From the NCBI GenBank assembly GCA_009784815.1, contig WQXN01000002.1, positions 3,586 to 67,585 on the forward strand: a stretch of 64,000 bases of DNA, read 5' to 3'. This stretch comes from Alphaproteobacteria bacterium (GTDB lineage Bacteria; Pseudomonadota; Alphaproteobacteria; Rs-D84). Below are positions 1 to 10,159 of this stretch, one piece after another (position 1 is the stretch's first letter; each line of letters begins with the position of its first letter). The notes under the pieces are model-generated. The model was given only the letters and a program-made list of their open reading frames with translations. It had not been told where the DNA came from and searched no databases. The translations under genes were made by a program, and so were the position numbers.

Positions 1-2610
<2,610 letters not shown>

Positions 2611-2849
2611 CTCTGTTTGACTTTGGTTTTGACGCCGATGCAAGTTGGTGTCATAACCGCCTTTGGTTGCCTTCCGGCTTCGGTCGGAAGGTTTCCTCCA
2701 AGTCATTACAATGCTTGAAATGCAAGTTTTTTGAAAACTATTGCATTCTTGATTCTTAAACGAAATGATGTTTATGGTAGTTTTTGTTCCGGGGCCTCGG
2801 CCCCGGAACAATACTTCCGCCTTTTAGATGTTTAATTCGGTTGATTTTG

Positions 2850-2966
2850 TTCTGGTGATTATGGCGTGGAAGCCACTCGCTGTTCCATTTCGAACCAGAC
2901 CGAGAAACTCCACAGCGCCGATGGTACTTTGTCTTAAGGCACGGAAGAGTAGGTCGTCGCCAGAAC
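2850..2966 (+). rRNA. rrf: 5S ribosomal RNA
   Basis: TCTGGTGATTATGGCGTGGAAGCCAC...CCGATGGTACTTTGTCTTAAGGCACGGAAGAGTAGGTCGTCGCCAGAAC has 5S helix I pairing (CTGGTG/CGCCAGA) and loop motifs. A ~240-nt spacer after the 23S carries a processing stem GTTCCGGGGCCTCGGCCCCGGAAC at 2795-2818. Confidence 0.85.
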
Positions 2967-2978
2967 AAAATCAACCTA

Positions 2979-3371
2979 TTGATTATAAAACCGAAAACAA
3001 TACTTTATGCTGGGCTTGCCCAGCACTTTTTTATTGATAAATTGCTGCTTGATTGTACAATCGCTTTTATGAATATAGAACAAGAACTTGAATATATTGA
3101 TTTCAGAATAAACGAACAGGGTCATGAAGTGCATTCAAGACCCAGGGTATCGGGTGACGTCAAAGCCGAATATTACGGCATAATGGGTGTTGATTTAAAT
3201 CAGCGCAATGCCATATTCTCAAGATGGTGCAACGATGCAAAAAACCCCTGGGGCTTCGGAGGCGGCTATGAAGCCGGTATAGATAATGATAAATATACAG
3301 GAGCCAAGGCCGAAACCATATTCAATCATCTAAAAGCCGCATACCAAGCGCAACTTGTTCCGACTATTTAA
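2979..3371 (+). CDS. hypothetical protein (start may be the internal ATG at 3069)
   Basis: ORF of 130 aa between 5S rRNA and a divergent gene; no recognisable motif. Confidence 0.3.
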   Translation: MIIKPKTILYAGLAQHFFIDKLLLDCTIAFMNIEQELEYIDFRINEQGHEVHSRPRVSGDVKAEYYGIMGVDLNQRNAIFSRWCNDAKNPWGFGGGYEAGIDNDKYTGAKAETIFNHLKAAYQAQLVPTI

Positions 3372-3441
3372 AACAAAATCCCGTACTCAAATCTTGTCCG
3401 CTGTAATGGGCGGGCGGATTATTGATCAGAATTATTTTAAT

Positions 3442-4275
3442 TTATTTTGAAATAAAATACTCGGTGGATTTGGCTAAAGCTTTCATAAGCTTTGGGAATT
3501 CGCGGTCATATAAATCTGTTCCTTCCGAAATTGCTTTCGCATGAAGTCCGGTTCCTTGCTGTTGGAATATATTTAGTATATCGTGCTTTGTTAGTCCGGG
3601 TTTATATTCAGCGCCCATCTTGCTGACAAACTTGTTATCCGCTTGCTGAGTATTTTGATCCGGCTCTAATTCGATATAAAAGCCGGAAAATTTCTTCGCC
3701 ACATATCTTAATTTCTGAAACTGTTCATCCTTTGGAATATACACGAAAGTGCCCAAGGAAATAAAGTTGGACGTTTTTGCGATACTATCTATTTTATCCC
3801 AAACGACTATTTTATGATTTTTATTTATACCAAGCTTTTGCGAAGTCTGCTGAAATATTTCATTGGTAGTGTCGTCTTTTTCTATGGAAAAAGTATTTAT
3901 AAAAAACGATTTGTATTCATCTAAAAAATGCACAAGCGGAGAAAAACCGCGTCCGAAATCCACAACATTTGGTAAAGCTTTGACCGAATGATAGGCTTCT
4001 GTGAATCTTTTTGCATAGTAGAAGCTGCGGTAGGGTACGATTTTATCGATGATTGCTGCTATCGCGGCCGGGGATTGTACTGCAAGCATGAATTTGCCCA
4101 GCGCTCCGAATCGTTTTTTGAATTGTGGTTTTCTTGCAACTTCAATCAGCGCGCGGTTCCAGTCTTTAAGCATATACATGGATCCCTGCGGCATTGGCTT
4201 CAAAATATCGCGGTATTTCATGATTCCGCCTTCCAGTCCAAGCGAACAACCAAGAGTAATATCCAAAGCCGACAT
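3442..4275 (-). CDS. hypothetical protein; weak methyltransferase-like glycine motif (VVDFGRGFS)
   Basis: 277-aa ORF; AAAGGA RBS 8 nt before ATG; own promoter-cassette copy upstream (4300-4328). Confidence 0.5.
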   Translation of the reverse strand: MSALDITLGCSLGLEGGIMKYRDILKPMPQGSMYMLKDWNRALIEVARKPQFKKRFGALGKFMLAVQSPAAIAAIIDKIVPYRSFYYAKRFTEAYHSVKALPNVVDFGRGFSPLVHFLDEYKSFFINTFSIEKDDTTNEIFQQTSQKLGINKNHKIVVWDKIDSIAKTSNFISLGTFVYIPKDEQFQKLRYVAKKFSGFYIELEPDQNTQQADNKFVSKMGAEYKPGLTKHDILNIFQQQGTGLHAKAISEGTDLYDREFPKLMKALAKSTEYFISK

Positions 4276-4299
4276 AGTCTGATCCTTTCTAGTTAATGC

Positions 4300-4328
4300 A
4301 TTCTACCTCCCCCATGAAGTTTTGTCAA
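4300..4328 (-). promoter_or_regulatory. Promoter cassette, minus orientation, locked variant: TTGACA-N17-TAGAAT with interrupted tract GGGGGAGG
   Basis: Revcomp of 4300-4328 = TTGACAAAACTTCATGGGGGAGGTAGAAT. -10 lies 18 nt upstream of start codon 4275. Arranged back-to-back with the 4344-4370 cassette. Confidence 0.45.
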
Positions 4329-4343
4329 GCGTAATTAAAATGC

Positions 4344-4370
4344 TTGACAAAATTCGGGGGGGGGTAGAAT
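4344..4370 (+). promoter_or_regulatory. Promoter cassette TTGACA-aaattc-G9-TAGAAT (spacer 15 nt)
   Basis: -35 at 4344-4349, G9 at 4356-4364, -10 at 4365-4370. Downstream UTR TAGAATGCGCTTATAAATAACTAAAAGGGTG...ATG is near-identical to the 5655-5690 UTR. Confidence 0.55.
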
Positions 4371-4400
4371 GCGCTTATAAATAACTAAAAGGGTGAAAAA

Positions 4401-4916
4401 ATGACAGATTCATACGAAGGTAAATACGTTAGTTTTACATACGGTCTGGACGATTCGGACGCGATCGCAAGAAAATATTACGGCGATCATTACGGCAAAT
4501 TCCCGAATTGGCTTCTTGCGGCGCGGACTTGCGACTTTCATCGATCCAGTTATGCGAAAAGAGCGGAAGAAATATTGCAAATCCAAGTATTGAGAGTGGC
4601 GAAGGAAAGCTTCACTGATCGCGGTATAACAAGACAGCCTATTCATGATCCGGAAAGCCTGTTTTTCTCGTGCCGTATAAAAACCGCTCGGGGTTTAAGT
4701 GCTTGGCATGGTATAGGCGCGCTTGATCTTGAAGATCGGGATTTTGCTGTTGACGCCGTATTCTGCGCGGCCAACTACATATCCGAGAGTTACGATGTTT
4801 ATAACGCGCTAGTTTCTTCGATAAGCGATCCTGATTATCCCGAAGGCGAAAAACATATAAGTAAGGAAATCCAAGTTCAAGAACTTGTCGGTATACTGAA
4901 AGAAGCTATCCGATAA
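4401..4916 (+). CDS. hypothetical protein (no signal peptide)
   Basis: 171-aa ORF with AAAAGGG RBS, downstream of poly-G promoter cassette, followed by a terminator. Confidence 0.55.
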   Translation: MTDSYEGKYVSFTYGLDDSDAIARKYYGDHYGKFPNWLLAARTCDFHRSSYAKRAEEILQIQVLRVAKESFTDRGITRQPIHDPESLFFSCRIKTARGLSAWHGIGALDLEDRDFAVDAVFCAANYISESYDVYNALVSSISDPDYPEGEKHISKEIQVQELVGILKEAIR

Positions 4917-4925
4917 TAAACATAC

Positions 4926-4950
4926 GCCCGGCTTTTGGCCGGGTGTTTTT
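4926..4950 (+). terminator. Rho-independent terminator
   Basis: GCCCGGC-TTTT-GGCCGGG stem-loop followed by TGTTTTTA. Confidence 0.55.
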
Positions 4951-4994
4951 ATCCCTTGATTTTTTTTCGCGCAAGGTATAACATCCCCACACGT

Positions 4995-5071
4995 GGCGGA
5001 GTAGCTCAGGTGGTTAGAGCGATGGAATCATAATCCACAGGTCGGGGGTTCGAGTCCCTTCTCCGCTACCA
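4995..5071 (+). tRNA. tRNA-Met (anticodon CAT). Elongator-type anticodon stem; could also be tRNA-Ile2 (lysidine).
   Basis: Cloverleaf GGCGGAG/CTCCGCT acceptor, TAGCTCAGGTGGTTAGAGC D-arm, anticodon loop AATCATAAT, GGTTCGAGTCC T-arm, encoded CCA. Confidence 0.85.
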
Positions 5072-5150
5072 CTAATTTCCAGTCTTTAAAAATTCACAGT
5101 CCTCGTAAAAAATGCGGGGGTCTTTTACATATAAATAGAAAGGATATAAA

Positions 5151-5600
5151 ATGATTAGAAAAGCTACTATGGCGGATGTGCCCGCGGTGTTAGAGTTGGT
5201 AAACATGAACGCCAAGCAGGGACTGATGCTAAGCAAAAGTCCGTACGACATTTATCAGCGGATTTTTACGTTTTTTGTTTACGAAAAGGGCGGCCAAGTG
5301 GTCGGCTGCGTGCGGCTTCAACCTTTGTGGAAAGATATTGCTGAAATCGCGTCTTTGGCCGTGGCCGAAGATTTTCGCAATCAAGGCATAGGCAGAGAGC
5401 TGGTCCAAGTTTGCATGACCGAGGCCAAACGCGCCAAAATTCCAAGGATATGCACTTTGACCTACCAGTGCGAATTCTTCAAAAAATGCGGATTCAAGGA
5501 AGTCCCAAGGGAAACCCTGCCGCATAAATTCTTTGGCGATTGCCTGCGCTGCCCAAAGGTCGAATGCTGCGATGAATACGCCTTTATAATAGATCTATGA
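5151..5600 (+). CDS. GNAT-family N-acetyltransferase (short ArgA-like amino-acid acetyltransferase)
   Basis: 149 aa; acetyl-CoA binding motif RNQGIGRELV and GNAT beta-strand pattern; AAAGGATA RBS. Confidence 0.65.
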   Translation: MIRKATMADVPAVLELVNMNAKQGLMLSKSPYDIYQRIFTFFVYEKGGQVVGCVRLQPLWKDIAEIASLAVAEDFRNQGIGRELVQVCMTEAKRAKIPRICTLTYQCEFFKKCGFKEVPRETLPHKFFGDCLRCPKVECCDEYAFIIDL

Positions 5601-5629
5601 TAAAAATCCTAATTTAATACAAAAATTAC

Positions 5630-5660
5630 TTGACAAAACATCATGGGGGGGGGGTAGAAT
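5630..5660 (+). promoter_or_regulatory. Promoter cassette TTGACA-aaacatcat-G10-TAGAAT (spacer 19 nt)
   Basis: -35 at 5630-5635, G10 at 5645-5654, -10 at 5655-5660. UTR duplicated from the 4365-4400 copy. Confidence 0.55.
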
Positions 5661-5690
5661 GCGCTTGTCAATAACCAAAAGGATTAAATT

Positions 5691-6185
5691 ATGGCTTCAA
5701 TTATAGAAATTTTAATGGAAGAAATAGACAAAGAAATTATTTCCCTCGAGGATTCTATTAAAAACAACACAAGGGAAGCAAACAAGCAAGAGCGGAATAA
5801 TTTTTCTTACTGCCCCATAAAGGAAGCGACTGTTGTTATATCAACCAGCTTTTCAGTGCGTATAGCCGATTACAGAAAGGCGAAAGAAGAATTGGTCGGA
5901 TTTGACGAGGATAAGATCAATAATAACCTGTTTTCGATTGTTACTCTTCTTGATGTAAAGACCGACGAAACATTAAAATATCTTCTTGCCCCGGTATTGG
6001 GCGGAGAAACTATCACGATAGGCACCGAAAAAATAGACGTTGTGTCAAGCTCTTCGCCCTTGGGCAACGAGTTGCTGAATGCAGAGGCGTCCACCCTTGA
6101 AAAAGAAAATTTTGTGCAGCTGAGCAAAAAGTTAAATGGAATCAGATACAAAGTTTTGGGTATACAAAAGGCCGTGGCTAAGTAA
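5691..6185 (+). CDS. GreA/GreB-like (Rnk-like) C-terminal-domain protein, putative transcription factor
   Basis: 164 aa. C-terminal segment ETITIGTEKIDVVSSSSPLGNELLNAEASTLEKENFVQL...IRYKVLGIQ parallels the GreA FKBP-like domain pattern (TYRIVG..EAD...ISxxSPIARGLIGKEEDDVV...VEFEVLKI). N-terminal half is coiled-coil like. Confidence 0.4.
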   Translation: MASIIEILMEEIDKEIISLEDSIKNNTREANKQERNNFSYCPIKEATVVISTSFSVRIADYRKAKEELVGFDEDKINNNLFSIVTLLDVKTDETLKYLLAPVLGGETITIGTEKIDVVSSSSPLGNELLNAEASTLEKENFVQLSKKLNGIRYKVLGIQKAVAK

Positions 6186-6190
6186 TAACT

Positions 6191-6463
6191 ATGGCAATAA
6201 AAAGAATACCGCAGAAAACAAAGCCTATATCGCGCGACGACAAGCTTCATATGTACGAAGTCGCGCGATCCGGCCGTATAACGCCGCTTGATCTTCCGGG
6301 ATTCGTCAAAAAGGCGTCGGTCGTATTTTTAATGGCGGCGGCAGCGGCGCCTTTGGTGTTTTCAGTGTGGTATTTCGATTATAAACTGCCTAAATTGGAA
6401 GGTAGTTGGGTAGCATCGTCTAAAATAATCGAAAATCATCGAAATAATTCTCTTGCTAAATAG
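6191..6463 (+). CDS. small membrane protein, hypothetical
   Basis: 90 aa with one hydrophobic segment; immediately follows previous gene. Confidence 0.35.
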   Translation: MAIKRIPQKTKPISRDDKLHMYEVARSGRITPLDLPGFVKKASVVFLMAAAAAPLVFSVWYFDYKLPKLEGSWVASSKIIENHRNNSLAK

Positions 6464-6689
6464 CCTGCTTAATTGTAGTCTTACCCCTGTGCGCTGGCAA
6501 CCGCCCGCGTACGCAAAAAACACCAATAAAGCACCGTAAGGAGAACGGAATGTCCCAAATGACCTTCTGTTTTATACCGTTGGCGCAGAATTATCATGCG
6601 CTTATCGCCGGAATGACTAACGTCCGAGGTGGTCGCGGTATCGTCCATTGCATGCTTTCGAAAAACATCTATATACAAAGGATTAAATT

Positions 6690-8513
6690 ATGCCAAAACA
6701 AGTATACGTGGACGCAGTCCACCCAGAGGAAGTCCGAGTAGCGGTAGTAGATAACAACAAAGTTTTAGATTTTGACGTTGAAACCACCACAAAACCTCAA
6801 ATAAAGGGCAACATCTACCTTGCCAAAGTCGTACGGGTCGAACCGTCCCTCCAGGCCGCCTTCGTCGAATACGGCGCGGGTAAGAATGGCTTTTTGCCTT
6901 TTTCGGAAATCAATCCCGATTATTACCAAGTCCAAACTGAAACCAAAAAAGCGATGATGGAGGCGGCTCATGCCAACATGATCGACGACGACGGCGATCA
7001 GGACGACGATAACGCGGAATTTGTCGAATACGACGATAACAGCGCCGGCGAGGACAACAAAGAAATATTAAAGCGTATGCGCGAATACAAAATTCAGGAC
7101 GTCATAAAACCGAAACAAATCATGCTGATACAGGGAGTAAAGGAAGAGCGCGGACAAAAAGGCGCGTCTATGACAACGTACCTGTCTTTGGCGGGGCGGT
7201 TTGCGGTATTTATGCCTAACTCGCGCAAGCGCAACCTTTACGGCATATCTAAAAAGATCAGCGGGAAAGAGGAAAGGGCGCGCCTGCGCGAAATCCTTCA
7301 CGGCCTGAAAATCCCGCGCGGTATGACGGTGGTTCTTCGCACTGCCGCAAGCGGAGCGGAAAAGGCCGAAATCGAAAAAGACTACGAATACCTGACTTCG
7401 CTTTGGAACGAAATAAGAAAGCAGACTTTCGAATCCGTCGCGCCCGCGATCATACATACCGAAGATTCCTTGCTTCGCCGCGTCGTCCGCGATTTCATAT
7501 CCGACGAAAACGACGTGCTGACGATCCAGGGCGACGAAGCCTTTGGCCAGGCGGTCGAAAACTTCAAGCTTATGCGCGGCAAGCTTCCAAAAAAGCAGAT
7601 CGTAAAATACGACGATAAAATTCCTTTGTTCGTGAAAGTTAATATCGAACAGCGGTTGGAAGGTTTGCACAAACCTGAAGTGACTCTGCCAAGCGGCGGA
7701 TCCATAGTGTTGAACCAGACCGAGGCTATGGTCGCGATCGACGTCAATTCGTCGCACGCGATCAAGGAAAAAAATATCGAGGAAACCGCGCTTAACACGA
7801 ACCTGGAAGCGGCCGAGGAAATCGCGGTGCAGCTGCGTCTTCGCGACATGGCGGGCATAATAGCGATCGACTTCATAGACATGGAAGAAGAAAAAAACCG
7901 CCGCAAAGTCGAAGCCCGCATGCGCGAGCTGATGAAGCGCGACCGCGCTCGAACTCAGATCGCGAAAATTAATAACTTCGGCGTCTTGATGCTTAGCCGT
8001 CAACGTATGCGCAGCAGCTTTATCGAAAGCTCGTACGTGCAGTGCCTGCATTGCACCGGCACCGGCGTAGTGCCTTCGATACAAACCGCTTCCGTGATCA
8101 TATTCCGCCACTTGCAGGAAAAGATGATGTCGAAAGTCATGAAAAAAATCGTTGTGTCTGTCCCGACGGACGTCGCCGTGTACCTGCTGAACCAAAAGCG
8201 CGAGGACTTGGCGAATCTGGAAGCGCAGTACGATGTCGACGTGGTGGTGCTTGCGGACGATGGCTTGGTCAGCATAAACCAGTACCAGATCATTAGCGTG
8301 CCGCTGGACTACAACGAGGAAGCCGCGCTTAAGGCGAACGAAGCCCCAAGCGAGGCGCCGCGAAAGAAGTCTCCCGATCGTCAGGCTGCGAAAAAACTTG
8401 TCGTGGATACGCCGGTGCACAGGTCAAACCGCAGGCGCGGCGGCCGTCACAGAAATCGCAATCAGCAAAAACCGCAGCCCAAGAAAAGCCTGTGGAAAAA
8501 ACTTGTGGGATAG
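6690..8513 (+). CDS. rne: Ribonuclease E/G (short form, 607 aa)
   Basis: N-terminal S1 domain (NIYLAKVVRVEPSLQAAFVEYGAGKNGFLPFSEI), DNase-I-like and Zn-link CxxC region (CLHCTGTG), Arg-rich basic tail. Long (~220 nt) 5' leader, typical of autoregulated rne. Confidence 0.88.
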   Translation: MPKQVYVDAVHPEEVRVAVVDNNKVLDFDVETTTKPQIKGNIYLAKVVRVEPSLQAAFVEYGAGKNGFLPFSEINPDYYQVQTETKKAMMEAAHANMIDDDGDQDDDNAEFVEYDDNSAGEDNKEILKRMREYKIQDVIKPKQIMLIQGVKEERGQKGASMTTYLSLAGRFAVFMPNSRKRNLYGISKKISGKEERARLREILHGLKIPRGMTVVLRTAASGAEKAEIEKDYEYLTSLWNEIRKQTFESVAPAIIHTEDSLLRRVVRDFISDENDVLTIQGDEAFGQAVENFKLMRGKLPKKQIVKYDDKIPLFVKVNIEQRLEGLHKPEVTLPSGGSIVLNQTEAMVAIDVNSSHAIKEKNIEETALNTNLEAAEEIAVQLRLRDMAGIIAIDFIDMEEEKNRRKVEARMRELMKRDRARTQIAKINNFGVLMLSRQRMRSSFIESSYVQCLHCTGTGVVPSIQTASVIIFRHLQEKMMSKVMKKIVVSVPTDVAVYLLNQKREDLANLEAQYDVDVVVLADDGLVSINQYQIISVPLDYNEEAALKANEAPSEAPRKKSPDRQAAKKLVVDTPVHRSNRRRGGRHRNRNQQKPQPKKSLWKKLVG

Positions 8514-8516
8514 CGA

Positions 8517-8960
8517 ATGGTTGATAATATAATCGTCCGCTCGGCCAAGCCGGAAGATTTTAAAGCGGTGCAGGAAGTGCAGCTTACGGGCGGCGATGAT
8601 GTTCTTACTTATGGTGCTGCGATCGAAATAGCCGATATGGAAATGCACGCCGCGAACCCCAAGGCGATCTTCGGCGTCGCCGAGGTGGACGGCCAAGTGA
8701 TTGGTTTTATTTACGGCGAGCAGCTGGTCGCAAGATGGGCGATGTTTTCATATCTGGTGGTAAAACCAAAATATCGCAGTATGGGCGTTGTGCGGAAACT
8801 TGGAGAATGGTCGATAAGTCTTTGCAAAGCCCGCGGCCTGAAATATCTTTTGTGTTACGTGGATAAGGATCGCCCGAAACTGATAAATTTTTACAAACAC
8901 TTCGGCTTTGAAGCTAGTCCGGGCGAATACGTGGAAATGATTAAAAAACTGGACTGGTAA
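8517..8960 (+). CDS. GNAT-family N-acetyltransferase
   Basis: 147 aa; GNAT core (VVKPKYRSMGVVRKLGEW...FYKHFGFE). Confidence 0.65.
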   Translation: MVDNIIVRSAKPEDFKAVQEVQLTGGDDVLTYGAAIEIADMEMHAANPKAIFGVAEVDGQVIGFIYGEQLVARWAMFSYLVVKPKYRSMGVVRKLGEWSISLCKARGLKYLLCYVDKDRPKLINFYKHFGFEASPGEYVEMIKKLDW

Positions 8961-9027
8961 TCCAATGCGGCCTAATCACTCCCTCACTCCTCGGAAAATA
9001 GGTGTATTTTTTGCTCAAAATTATCTG

Positions 9028-9057
9028 TTGACAAAACGTCATGGGGGGGGGTAAACT
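9028..9057 (+). promoter_or_regulatory. Promoter cassette TTGACA-aaacgtcat-G9-TAAACT (spacer 18 nt)
   Basis: -35 at 9028-9033, G9 at 9043-9051; AAAGGGAA RBS before ATG 9091. Confidence 0.5.
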
Positions 9058-9090
9058 GCAACCATAGAATTTAAACAAAGGGAATTTATC

Positions 9091-9771
9091 ATGAGCGATC
9101 AACACACGAAAGAGCAGGCACTTAATGAATTGGCGTATAAGCTTCGCGTGACTGCAAACGCAAGAACGTTCAAAGACGATATATTGTCGGCGACGCCGAA
9201 TAGGATTGGTTTTTCGGCCTGCTGCTTATGTGGCAAGGACGAATGCGATTGCGATAAGATAGAAAATAACCTCAGGGTCGAATACGTCAGGACTCTGCTT
9301 GAAATTGACCCAAGTCTTATACAGCTGACGCGCGGAGAATTGATGCCCGCCGACAAGCTGTGCGAAGACTGTCGCATATGCGAAGAATTGATCGATAATC
9401 CCGAAGACTGCCCTAGGCATGACGCTCCTTACAAAGTCGAATGCTATCATTCGTTCAGCCGCGGTATGGGACAGTTTGTCGCGCGCGCATGCGCGGGCAA
9501 ATTTGACGACGTTACGTTTGCAGAATATAATTTGAAAAGAGGCGTGGATGTCTGGGCAGTTTATGAACTTTATAATTCTATAGATTCATCGGTGCGCGAT
9601 AGTATAAGAAAAATAGTTGTTGGGTATTACCATATCAAGCTTGCCGATGGGACCAATCTTATGGGCGAAAGCGATGATATCGTGTCCTTGGTGCATGGTG
9701 CGTTTGCTCGGCAGCAGGGCATTCAAGGGCATCGTTTATTCAAAGCCGGACCCTGCCGCGGCAGCAAATAA
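9091..9771 (+). CDS. Cys-rich cytoplasmic hypothetical protein (14 Cys; CCLCGKDECDCD, CEDCRICE clusters). Possible metal-binding.
   Basis: 226-aa ORF; no signal peptide; behind poly-G cassette. Confidence 0.55.
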   Translation: MSDQHTKEQALNELAYKLRVTANARTFKDDILSATPNRIGFSACCLCGKDECDCDKIENNLRVEYVRTLLEIDPSLIQLTRGELMPADKLCEDCRICEELIDNPEDCPRHDAPYKVECYHSFSRGMGQFVARACAGKFDDVTFAEYNLKRGVDVWAVYELYNSIDSSVRDSIRKIVVGYYHIKLADGTNLMGESDDIVSLVHGAFARQQGIQGHRLFKAGPCRGSK

Positions 9772-9783
9772 TAAATTAATTGT

Positions 9784-9804
9784 CATCCCCGGCTTGATCG
9801 GGGA
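9784..9804. terminator. Bidirectional hairpin between convergent genes
   Basis: ATCCCCG-GCTTGAT-CGGGGAT perfect 7-bp stem. Confidence 0.4.
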
Positions 9805-9814
9805 TCTCAGTCGC

Positions 9815-10093
9815 TTAATACTCGACCGTTTCGATTACGACGGCGGGGGTTTCGGGACATTCGGCGGCTTTGTCCGATTTGTCGCTGCGGTATTTTTTGT
9901 CCCTTCCGAACATTTTGCGGCTGCGTTCTTTCGCGTCTTTGTACACGTCCTTGGCGCATTCTCCCGCGTCATGTTCGGCCTGTTGCAGCTTGTTGTAAAA
10001 GTTCGGGTCTTTGGACCCGGCGGTGTATCCTATCGCTACGGCGGCGACTACCGCGGCGGCGATTATCAAAAGCGTGGTTAGATTAGATTTCAT
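9815..10093 (-). CDS. small secreted/membrane-anchored basic protein (93 aa from MKSNLTTLLIIAAAVVAAVAIG)
   Basis: AAAGGAGA RBS 6 nt upstream of ATG at 10093; hydrophobic N-terminus. Last gene of the minus-strand secreted-protein operon. Confidence 0.45.
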   Translation of the reverse strand: MKSNLTTLLIIAAAVVAAVAIGYTAGSKDPNFYNKLQQAEHDAGECAKDVYKDAKERSRKMFGRDKKYRSDKSDKAAECPETPAVVIETVEY

Positions 10094-10159
10094 AATTCTC
10101 TCCTTTTTTGCATCCGCATTATCCATGCGGTCAGGATAGAATTCAATTTGACGATTGTC

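Noticed and set aside
4995-5071. Calling the CAT-anticodon tRNAs initiator tRNA-fMet
   Set aside because: Neither copy (4995-5071, 55615-55691) shows three consecutive G:C pairs at the base of the anticodon stem, so initiator identity cannot be asserted from sequence. Left as tRNA-Met(CAT), possibly Ile2.
7068-8420. 450-aa minus-strand ORF
   Set aside because: Antisense to RNase E; His/Arg-rich translation of a GC-rich coding strand, no start context.
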